Shown here: positions 49,632 to 57,517 of the stretch, piece by piece
Position numbering within the stretch: position 1 is the first letter of the stretch
Layout: every line of letters begins with the position of its first letter
Origin: Vulcanimicrobiota bacterium
GTDB lineage: Bacteria; Vulcanimicrobiota; Vulcanimicrobiia; Vulcanimicrobiales; Vulcanimicrobiaceae
Direction: 5' to 3'
Assembly (NCBI GenBank): GCA_963733295.1
Contig: CAVTCS010000003.1
Location: 1,632,001 to 1,696,000, forward strand
Length of the DNA stretch: 64,000 nucleotides
Position numbers and translations under genes: made by a program
The notes under the pieces: generated by a model
What the model was told of the DNA's origin: nothing
Seen by the model: only the letters and a program-made list of their open reading frames with translations
Databases searched by the model: none

Positions 49632-49761
49632 GATGGAAAACCTCCTAAGTAAGCCGAGAAAAACGCAAGAATAACGAGAGCCTTTCGGCGACTGCTTGGC
49701 CTTTTCCGGTCCCGGGTGAATTGTTTAGCGCGGCGCCCACGTCCCGTCCGGTTCGCAAAAC

Positions 49762-49790
49762 TTGACGCTCGCGTCCTCGGCGGCTACACT
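49762..49790 (+). promoter_or_regulatory. Sigma70-type promoter of the rsgA leader
   Basis: TTGACG-N17-TACACT. Confidence 0.75.
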
Positions 49791-49831
49791 CCAGCCAGAA
49801 CCCCGAACGCTTACGAAAGGAGCGCTGCCGC

Positions 49832-49903
49832 ATGGAGCTTGTAACGCCCGGGCGCGATGCCCGCCTGCGCCGCCGCGCTTCGTCCGCCGTAGACCGATTC
49901 TGA
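49832..49903 (+). CDS. Putative leader peptide MELVTPGRDARLRRRASSAVDRF
   Basis: SD AAAGGAG at 49816-49822, ATG 49832, TGA 49901-49903; lies between the promoter and rsgA. Confidence 0.65.
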   Translation: MELVTPGRDARLRRRASSAVDRF

Positions 49904-49999
49904 CGATCGGCCGCTGACGGCCTAGCGCGGTCAACACCGCGGTACTTCGCGTCCTCCCACGCTGCCCACTTCGCACCGTGTCCAGAGAGGACCGCCGTC

Positions 50000-51040
50000 T
50001 TGTTTCCCATCGCCATAACGCGGCTCGTCGAGCCGCCGCTTCTTCCGGCTCGCGTCGAAAGCCAAGAGCGCGACGCGTACGCCGTGTACTTCTTCAACGA
50101 GAGCGGGTCGGAAGCGCACGACCGCGCTCGCTTGGCGGGAGCATTGCGACATAGCGCTCGCGAGGCGAGCGATCTGCCCGCCGTCGGCGACTACGTTGCG
50201 CTCGAGCTCGCTGCCGGTAATTCAACCTCCGTCGTGCGCGGGCTCCTACCCCGGCGCAATATCTTCGCGCGCCGCGCCGCAGGCGGTACTTCCACGCTTC
50301 AGCCGATCGCGGCGAACCTCGATACGCTCTTCGTCACGGTCGCCTGCAATCGCGACTTCAATTTGCGCCGAATCGAGCGCTACCTCGCCGGCGCAGAGCG
50401 CTGCAACGTTTCCGCCGCGGTTCTTCTCACCAAGATCGACCTGACGGACGACGTGGAGGCGTACGTCAACGCCGCCCAAAGCGTTTCGGCCGGCAGGCCC
50501 GTGCTTGCGCTCTCCGCACTCGAGGGCCTCGGCCTGGATGCTTTCGATGCGTACCGCGGCGCGGAGCGCACCCTCGCGTTCGTCGGCTCGAGCGGCGCGG
50601 GCAAATCGACGCTGCTCAATGCCTTACTCGGCGAAGATCTGCTCGACACCGGCCCGACGCGCGCCGGCGACGAGCGCGGCCGGCACACGACGACGCGCCG
50701 TCAACTGCTTCGCTTACCCGACGGGACGGCGCTCGTCGATACGCCCGGGATGCGCGAGTTCGGCCTCGCGGGTGGCAACGACGCGGTCGATGCGACCTTC
50801 GAAGACGTGGCAGCGCTGGCCGGGCAGTGCCGCTTCAGCGACTGCAGGCACGAGAGCGAGCCCGGTTGCGCCGTTCTGAACGGACTCGACGCCGAACGTC
50901 TCTTCAGCTGGCGCAAACTCTCGCGCGAGGCGCTCTTCGAGGCGAGCAAGACCGACCACGCGATCCGTCTAGCGCAGCGCCGCCGCTGGAAAGCGATAAC
51001 CAGATCCGCCCGCTCGTTTGACAAACGCAGACACGAGTAG
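50000..51040 (+). CDS. rsgA: Ribosome small-subunit-dependent GTPase A
   Basis: Circularly permuted G motifs TKID, GSSGAGKS, HTT, DTPG; Zn finger CRFSDCRHESEPGC. Confidence 0.93.
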   Translation: MFPIAITRLVEPPLLPARVESQERDAYAVYFFNESGSEAHDRARLAGALRHSAREASDLPAVGDYVALELAAGNSTSVVRGLLPRRNIFARRAAGGTSTLQPIAANLDTLFVTVACNRDFNLRRIERYLAGAERCNVSAAVLLTKIDLTDDVEAYVNAAQSVSAGRPVLALSALEGLGLDAFDAYRGAERTLAFVGSSGAGKSTLLNALLGEDLLDTGPTRAGDERGRHTTTRRQLLRLPDGTALVDTPGMREFGLAGGNDAVDATFEDVAALAGQCRFSDCRHESEPGCAVLNGLDAERLFSWRKLSREALFEASKTDHAIRLAQRRRWKAITRSARSFDKRRHE

Positions 51041-51051
51041 TTCGTCCGGGC

Positions 51052-51782
51052 CTACGTGGAAAAAGATCCAGCCAGAACTGCCGGCTGACAGGTATCGCTG
51101 AACAGTTGCGTCTGATAGGTCTGGCCCGGCGCGAGCATCGGCACCGTGGCGCTGACGATCGCACTGCTAGCGGGTATCGGAATGGGCGTCGGCAATGCCG
51201 AGCCCGGCGGGAGCAGCGCAGCTGCGTACGCGCTGCCTTCGAGCGTGCCGTGTTGGCCGGCGATCAGGTGCAGGTTTCCAGGAACTATGCCACTCGTGCC
51301 GATCGGAAAGTAGGCTACGAAGTACAGCGTCCCGATCGAAGGCGAAACGCCGGACGCGCCCGAGGGAGGTAACACTTGTTGCGCGGCGAGGAGCGAGGCC
51401 GGACGCCCGCAGAGTGCCGTCGTGACGTGTACGGTCGTCGATACACTGCTAGCGTCGGTCGCGGTCACGACCGTAGAGCCGCGGGCAATCGGAAGGATGG
51501 AGAACTTCGCGGTTGCGCCTCCCAGTGTCGGAGTCGTTACGCCGACGATCGTAGGGTCCGCCACACTCAAGGTCAGAGAGGCAAACGATCCGGACGATCT
51601 CGTGACGATAATGGGTTCCGGCGTATTATCGTCCAGGGGAAATGTGTAAGCGGACGGCGTGGCGCTGAGGACCGCGCCGGCGCCCGGATAGGATACACAA
51701 GATCGGCAATAGTTGGCGCTGCTGCCGCAAGCGGCCGGAATCAGCGCAAACAGCAAAACGCCGAGCCTAGTCGTGACAGCAT
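51052..51782 (-). CDS. Lipoprotein of the 'GSFST' family (1-nt frameshift near 51766)
   Basis: ATG 51782 MLSRLG, then a shifted frame LGVLLFALIPAAC (lipobox); ends LAGSFST. Confidence 0.65.
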
Positions 51783-51791
51783 GCTCTTGTG

Positions 51792-53333
51792 TCAAGTCGT
51801 TTTCTCCTGAGTGCCGGTGGCGCGCGCAATGAGTGAGGCACGCGACTTTACCCCGAGCGCTTTGAAAATTGCTTTTACGTGATTGCGTATCGTGAACTCG
51901 CTCCGCTGGAGCTGCAGCGCGATTTCTCTGGTCGAGAGCCCGCGCACGAGATGCTCGTACACCGCTTGCTGAGAAGCGGTCAGCGAAGCAACACCGGGAA
52001 GAATTGGGACGTGCGGTTTTGCGCGTGCCTCCATCAGCCAACTGCGCGGATAGGCGTCGAGAGCGCTTGCGGCGCGTTCCCTCCAGACCGGCTGTCCCGT
52101 AAGCTGCGCGAGAACCCGCGCGGCTCTTCCGGACCTCCAGCGATATCCGACGGCATCGTAGATTTGGTAGGCCTGAGTTACCAGACGGATCGCTTCGGCC
52201 GTCTCGCCCAACGACTGCTGCACGACGCCGAGCGAATACGATTCCAGTGCCGTGACTCGACGGTCGTCTGCCGAAGCTAAAATCGACGAGAACTGTCTTG
52301 TGGCTTTGCGATACTCCGCGATCTGCGCGAGCGCGAGCGGGCCATCGGTTTCCGCAAAGAGTTCGGCCAAGAGACAGAGCGCGAATCGCTCTTCGCCGTC
52401 GAGCGCGTTCCAGTCGACCGTGGTCGCCAGCTCGCGAGCGTCGCTCCTCTCTTGCTCGGCCCATCGCGTCTCACCGAGACAGCGCGCGAGGTAAGAACGG
52501 TCGCAGAGCGACATCACTCGCCAGGCCGGCGAGGGGGCAACGAGCGCCGCTTCCTTTAAACGGCGGAATGCGTTGAAGTAATCGCCTTCGAGCGCGTGGC
52601 ACCAAGCTACCGCGCGGAGCGTCGTGAAGTGGGTATCCGCAATATCCGTCGTCCAAGGGACCTTGGGCAGTTCTTCGTAAGCGGCTGCGCGGAGGGACGG
52701 ACTGTAAAGCTCGCGTGCCAGGTACGAAATCTGGCTCACCAAGTAGGCCCAATGAAGAACGCTCGGTTCGCGTTCCTCCCGCACGAAACGCAAGGCCTCG
52801 AGTAAGATGCCGCCCTGCTCCGCCATGTTCCCGCGCGACGCTTCGATCGCGCCTCGCAAGACGTAGTGCTGAACGCGAACCTGATCGGTTGCCACGCTCC
52901 AGTCGACCCGACTCAGGATGCGCTGCGCCTCGTCGAGCTTACGCTGCATCCACAAGCTGGTGGCCTGCTGGTAGCGAACGGTGGCCGAAAGCGACGGGTC
53001 CTTTGCGCAAAGCGCTAACGCCGTACGAAAGCAGGCTGCAGCCGATGCGTGATCCCCTAACCGCGCGAGTGCCGCACCTTGCAGAACCGTCGCTTCGCCG
53101 CGGACCGGCTTCGAAGTAAGCGATCGCGCTCGCTCGGTCAGGTAGATGAGCGCCCCGGCGGGATCGCGCACGAGCCGTATCCTAGCGCGCAAGATCGCAC
53201 TCGCCGCGTCGAGAGGCCCGCCGGCCTCGGCCCGATCGAGCAACTCGGCCGCGCGAGTAAATTGCGCCTCGCGAAACAGCTCTCGCGCGCGCTCGAGACT
53301 TGGCGCTGACCTCACAGCGACGGCCCGGCCCAT
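51792..53333 (-). CDS. TPR-like helical protein with C-terminal LuxR HTH
   Basis: LTASQQAVYEHLVRGLSTREIALQLQRSEFTIRNHVKAIFKALGV. Confidence 0.88.
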   Translation of the reverse strand: MGRAVAVRSAPSLERARELFREAQFTRAAELLDRAEAGGPLDAASAILRARIRLVRDPAGALIYLTERARSLTSKPVRGEATVLQGAALARLGDHASAAACFRTALALCAKDPSLSATVRYQQATSLWMQRKLDEAQRILSRVDWSVATDQVRVQHYVLRGAIEASRGNMAEQGGILLEALRFVREEREPSVLHWAYLVSQISYLARELYSPSLRAAAYEELPKVPWTTDIADTHFTTLRAVAWCHALEGDYFNAFRRLKEAALVAPSPAWRVMSLCDRSYLARCLGETRWAEQERSDARELATTVDWNALDGEERFALCLLAELFAETDGPLALAQIAEYRKATRQFSSILASADDRRVTALESYSLGVVQQSLGETAEAIRLVTQAYQIYDAVGYRWRSGRAARVLAQLTGQPVWRERAASALDAYPRSWLMEARAKPHVPILPGVASLTASQQAVYEHLVRGLSTREIALQLQRSEFTIRNHVKAIFKALGVKSRASLIARATGTQEKTT

Positions 53334-53436
53334 GACTGCGAGTTTTCTCGTTCCTGGGAATACTAGCCTTTATCAGTCAATAATAGCCAAAAGGGGCCAA
53401 ACTGCGCGTCGTGGAAAATGAGGCTAGAGGACTCCT

Positions 53437-53646
53437 ATGAATCGACTCGCTGCTCTGACGATGGCCTTCCTCGCGCTCGTTGCCCTGGCGGCCGCCGGGT
53501 GCGGCGAATCGCACGGAGGCGTTATTCCGGCCCAACCGGTTAGTCCAAGCCCGTCATCCTCTCCGAGCCCGTCGGGTTCGCCGAGCGCATCACCATCGCC
53601 GAGCGCTTCGCCGAGCCCGTCGCCCTCACCGAGCCCGTCGCCGTGA
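53437..53646 (+). CDS. Small lipoprotein with Ser-Pro repeat tail
   Basis: SD GAGGA, lipobox AAGC, (SP)n tail; its stop overlaps the next start (GTGA). Confidence 0.7.
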   Translation: MNRLAALTMAFLALVALAAAGCGESHGGVIPAQPVSPSPSSSPSPSGSPSASPSPSASPSPSPSPSPSP

Positions 53647-54110
53647 AACGTCGGTCGAGAATCTTTGCGTCCGTCTACGTCGCCGCCGCAATCGCGGCAC
53701 TCGGCGGTTGCTCCGCGTCGCAGAGCACGCCTCCAGGGATGCCGTGCCCTCTGGTCGTCCCAGCGCCGCCACAACTGTTGTATCCGATTCCCGGTTCGAC
53801 GGGCGTCCCCGGCACGGTCGGCGTGCTCATCTACCAGCCGTTCGCAGTACCGCTTCCGCAAGCAAAGCTCGTGCTGATGCAAGCACCCGACGGGCCGACG
53901 GTGCAAACGAGTCCGACTGCAGTCCCTAGCCCGTTACCAACGCCGATCGCGACACCGAGGTCGCTGCTAGTCGGCGCAACCGCATCCCCGTCGGCGGTAA
54001 GCTTTCCGGTGCTCCAAGCGACGACAACGTATAACGTCGTGTACGACTATGGCGAGACGGGTCGATGTGCCCCCGCGAACGCAACGCTCGGCTCGTTCTC
54101 GACTCAATAG
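53643..54110 (+). CDS. Lipoprotein, 'GSFST' family, copy 1
   Basis: Lipobox LGGC; PPQLLYPIPGSTGVP; ends LGSFSTQ. Confidence 0.8.
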   Translation: MKRRSRIFASVYVAAAIAALGGCSASQSTPPGMPCPLVVPAPPQLLYPIPGSTGVPGTVGVLIYQPFAVPLPQAKLVLMQAPDGPTVQTSPTAVPSPLPTPIATPRSLLVGATASPSAVSFPVLQATTTYNVVYDYGETGRCAPANATLGSFSTQ

Positions 54111-54214
54111 ACGCCGCTTCGCGGTGAATCAGACGGCTCGAGCCGGGCCGACTTCGAAGTAAGAGATCGCGATCGCTCGGTTAGGTAGCTTCAGCGACTT
54201 TGCGGAGGCCGAGA

Positions 54215-54670
54215 ATGTTGAGAATCTCGAGAATCTTAGCGCCCTTCTACGTCGCTGCCGCAATTGCGACGCTCGGCGGTTGCTCCGGGTCGCAGGGCCA
54301 TCCGACGCCGTGTGCTGCGGAAGTTCCGTCGCCGCCACAGTTGTTGTATCCAATTCCCGGTTCGACGGGCGTCCCGGACACTGTCGGCGTGCTCATCTAC
54401 CAGTCGTCCCTAGTACCGCTTCCGACAGCAAACGTCGTCCTTATACAAGCACCCGACGGGCAGACGGTGCAAACGAGTCCCACTGAGGTCCCCAGCCCGT
54501 TACCAACGCCGATAGCGACGCCGAGGTTTCCGGGAGTCACCGCATCCCCGTCGGCGGTAAGTTTTCCGGTGCTGCAGGCGGCGGCAACGTATAACGTCGT
54601 GTACGATTCTGGCGAGACGAGTCCATGTGCCTCTGCGACCGCAACGCTCGGCTCGTTCTCAACTCAATAG
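54215..54670 (+). CDS. Lipoprotein, 'GSFST' family, copy 2 (tandem duplicate)
   Basis: SD GGAGG; long runs identical to copy 1 at both DNA and protein level. Confidence 0.8.
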   Translation: MLRISRILAPFYVAAAIATLGGCSGSQGHPTPCAAEVPSPPQLLYPIPGSTGVPDTVGVLIYQSSLVPLPTANVVLIQAPDGQTVQTSPTEVPSPLPTPIATPRFPGVTASPSAVSFPVLQAAATYNVVYDSGETSPCASATATLGSFSTQ

Positions 54671-54756
54671 ACGTCGCTTCGCGGATCTCGCTTTCCCCAA
54701 GGGCATGCGGCTGCAGGCGCGAAGCACGTTAGCTGCTCTTACGCCGGAGGGATCTT

Positions 54757-55160
54757 ATGATGCTGTCCATATCTCGCGTTCTGACGAGTATTGCCGCCGG
54801 AGCCTCGTGGTCGCGGCGAGCTTCGCGGCGAATCAGACGGCTCGAGCCGCAGATGCGACCTCCGCCCTCATCGCTCGCGGACAATATCTCGTCGGCGACG
54901 CGGGACAGTGCAGCGACTGTCACCATCCCGGCCTTGTCGGGGGCCCGAACGAGATTCCGGGTCCGCCGGGCGTCCCTTGGGCGAAGTCTATGCCCTCATT
55001 ACGCGGACTTCCAATGTTCAAGACCGACGCCGATGCAATTACTTTCTTGCGGACTACGAAACTTCCCAACGGAAAGACGGCGCTCGGGCCGATGCCGAGC
55101 TATCGCTTCAACCAACCCGACGCGACGGCGATCGTCGCCTACCTGCGATCGCTCAAATAG
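54757..55160 (+). CDS. Monoheme cytochrome c (1-nt frameshift near 54800)
   Basis: SD GGAGG + ATG MMLSISRVLTSIAAG, then a shifted frame SLVVAAS..RGQYLV..CSDCH..PMP..AIVAYLRSLK. Confidence 0.75.
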
Positions 55161-55170
55161 GGCCACAGAG

Positions 55171-56367
55171 CTACACCATGCCCGCCGGTACCAGTTCCCC
55201 GGCGGGCGGCGCAGAACTGTCGGCTAGTTCGCGACCCAGGCGGACGTAACGGCGCAGATGGTAGTCCACGTCGCCCAGCGCGAGCTCGATCATCGACATG
55301 CGCTTGAAGTAGTGCCCGATCGTGTATTCTTCGCTCATCCCGATGCCGCCGTGGAGTTGAATCGCTTGTTGGCCGACGTACCGTCCGGAACGAGCGATCT
55401 GTACCTTCGTCGCCGAAAGCGCCCGGCTGCGGCTGCGCGCGTCGTCGTCGTCGACTAGGGCCATCGTCCCGTAATAACAAATCGAGCGCGCGAGCTCCAA
55501 CTGGATCAGCATGTCGACGGCCCGATGTTGCAGGGCCTGAAACCTGCCGATGGGCACGCCGAACTGTTCGCGCGTCTTGAGATAGCCGAGCGTCGTGCGT
55601 TGCATGACCGTCATGAGACCGACCGCTTCAGCCGCAAGCGCTCCTAACCCGTGATCGAGCACTCGCTCCAACAGCGGCAACCCGGCATCCGTCTCGCCGA
55701 GGATCGCGTCGCCCGGGACGCGGACTCCCGCGAATCGCAGATCCGATGCGCGCTGCCCGTCAACGGTGCGGTAATCCCTGCGTGAGAGACCGCTTGCATC
55801 GCGATCGACGAGCACGAGCGAGATTCCGCTCGAGTCTGTTCGCTCGCCATTCGTGCGCACCGACACGACGAGTTTGTCGGCGGCGGCTGCGTAGGGTACG
55901 GCCAGTTTCGCCCCGTCGATCACCAGATCGCTGCCGTCGCGACGGCCCCGGGTATCGACGATCGACGGGTCGTAACGCGACGCGCTTTCGGCGTAGGCAA
56001 GTGAGAGCAACAGTTCTCCCTCGATAAGCCGTTCGAGCAACTCGCGGTGGGCCGCACTCGTACCACCGAGAGCTAGCGCCGAGCCGCCCATTACGACTGC
56101 GGGAACGAAAGGTTCGAGGACGAGTCCCTTGCCGAACGCCTCCATGAGAATCATCGTCTCGACCGGCGTGCCGCCGAAGCCACCGCGCTCCTCGGGAAAG
56201 GCGATGCCGAGCCAACCGAGACCGGCGAACGTGCGCCAATGCTCGCGGCTGAAACCTTCTTCGCTCTGCGCGAGCGCGGTGCGAGCGTCGAACGAATAAG
56301 CGTCGGCGACGAAGCGGTCGACGCTCTCCTTGATCATCGCCTGGTCGGCCGATAGCGAGAAATCCAT
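55171..56367 (-). CDS. Acyl-CoA dehydrogenase (PimD-like subunit)
   Basis: REQFGVPIGRFQALQHR, QLHGGIGM. Confidence 0.92.
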   Translation of the reverse strand: MDFSLSADQAMIKESVDRFVADAYSFDARTALAQSEEGFSREHWRTFAGLGWLGIAFPEERGGFGGTPVETMILMEAFGKGLVLEPFVPAVVMGGSALALGGTSAAHRELLERLIEGELLLSLAYAESASRYDPSIVDTRGRRDGSDLVIDGAKLAVPYAAAADKLVVSVRTNGERTDSSGISLVLVDRDASGLSRRDYRTVDGQRASDLRFAGVRVPGDAILGETDAGLPLLERVLDHGLGALAAEAVGLMTVMQRTTLGYLKTREQFGVPIGRFQALQHRAVDMLIQLELARSICYYGTMALVDDDDARSRSRALSATKVQIARSGRYVGQQAIQLHGGIGMSEEYTIGHYFKRMSMIELALGDVDYHLRRYVRLGRELADSSAPPAGELVPAGMV

Positions 56368-56371
56368 CGTT

Positions 56372-57514
56372 TTACAGCCCCAAGATTCGTTTGGAGATGA
56401 TGTTGCGTTGAATTTCGTTCGAACCGGCGTAGATCGACACTTTGCGGAAATTGAAATACCACAGCGCGCTGTGGGTTGCCGGGTCGAACGAAGCGTAGCC
56501 GCCGGCGTCCATCATCAATTCCGTGATCCTCTGTTGAATCTCGGTTCCGGTGATCTTGATGAACGACGATTCCGGCCCCGGACTCGCGCCGGATTTCTCG
56601 GCGGCCAGCGAGCGCAACTGCGCGTACGAGAGGGCGGTTAGTTCGATCTCGACCTGCGCGATTTTCTGCGCGAAACCGTCGTCGTCGATCAGGCGCCCGC
56701 CACCGGCGTCTTGTCGGGCTGCGAGGGACTTGAGCCGCTCGAGCAATTGGGACGAACCCGCCACTCCGGCGGTACCGTTCCGTTCGTATTCGAGCAAGAA
56801 CTTGGCATAGGTCCAACCCTCGCCTTCCTTGCCGACAAGACTCTCAACGGGGACGCGTACGTTCTCGAAATGCACCTCGTTGATCTCGTGTCCGCCGTCG
56901 ATCGTCACGATCGGACGGACCGTAACGCCGGGCGTCGTCATGTCGACCAAGATAAACGAGATGCCTTTTTGTTTCGGTACCGTCGGATCGGTCCGCGCTA
57001 GCACGAAGATCATGTTCGCGTATTGTGCCAACGTGATCCACGTCTTCGTTCCGTTGATGAGGTAATGGTCGCCATCGCGCTGTGCGCGGGTTTGCAGAGA
57101 GGCGAGGTCCGAACCCGAGCCGGGTTCGGAATATCCTTGGCACCACCAATCCTCGCTCGAAAGAATGCGCGGCAGATAGCGTTCCTTTTGCGCGTCGTTC
57201 CCGAAGGCGATGATGACCGGTGCGACCATCGAAACGCCGAAAGGAATCTGACGGGGCGCGTTGCCGAGCGCCAATTCTTCATCGAAAATGTGCTTCTCGA
57301 CGACCGACCAATCGGTGCCGCCGTATCGTACCGGCCAGCTCGGCGCGAACCAGCCGCGCGCGTTGAGGCGCCGCTGCCAGCCGACGTAGTCGTCTTTGCT
57401 CAACTCTTCGCCCGCCACGATCTTGGCGCGAGTCGATTGCGGCAATTCCTTACGAATGAACTCGCGCACCTCCGCGCGGAAGGCGCGCTCCTGCGGCGAA
57501 AACGTCAGGTCCAT
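56372..57514 (-). CDS. Acyl-CoA dehydrogenase (PimC-like subunit)
   Basis: WCQGYSEPGSGSDLASL, NGTKTWIT, IYAGSNEIQRNII. Confidence 0.92.
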   Translation of the reverse strand: MDLTFSPQERAFRAEVREFIRKELPQSTRAKIVAGEELSKDDYVGWQRRLNARGWFAPSWPVRYGGTDWSVVEKHIFDEELALGNAPRQIPFGVSMVAPVIIAFGNDAQKERYLPRILSSEDWWCQGYSEPGSGSDLASLQTRAQRDGDHYLINGTKTWITLAQYANMIFVLARTDPTVPKQKGISFILVDMTTPGVTVRPIVTIDGGHEINEVHFENVRVPVESLVGKEGEGWTYAKFLLEYERNGTAGVAGSSQLLERLKSLAARQDAGGGRLIDDDGFAQKIAQVEIELTALSYAQLRSLAAEKSGASPGPESSFIKITGTEIQQRITELMMDAGGYASFDPATHSALWYFNFRKVSIYAGSNEIQRNIISKRILGL

Positions 57515-57517
57515 GAG

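Noticed and set aside
49645..50097. Minus-strand 150-aa ORF in the rsgA upstream region
   Set aside because: No motifs, and it overlaps the promoter, leader and rsgA start on the opposite strand.
53540..53643. Short tandem repeats here and at about 9660-9850 as CRISPR or VNTR
   Set aside because: Degenerate codon repeats encoding Ser-Pro and Pro-Thr linkers; no repeat-spacer structure and no cas genes.
54795..54805. Programmed ribosomal frameshift in the cytochrome c gene
   Set aside because: No slippery heptamer; a single missing G explains it.
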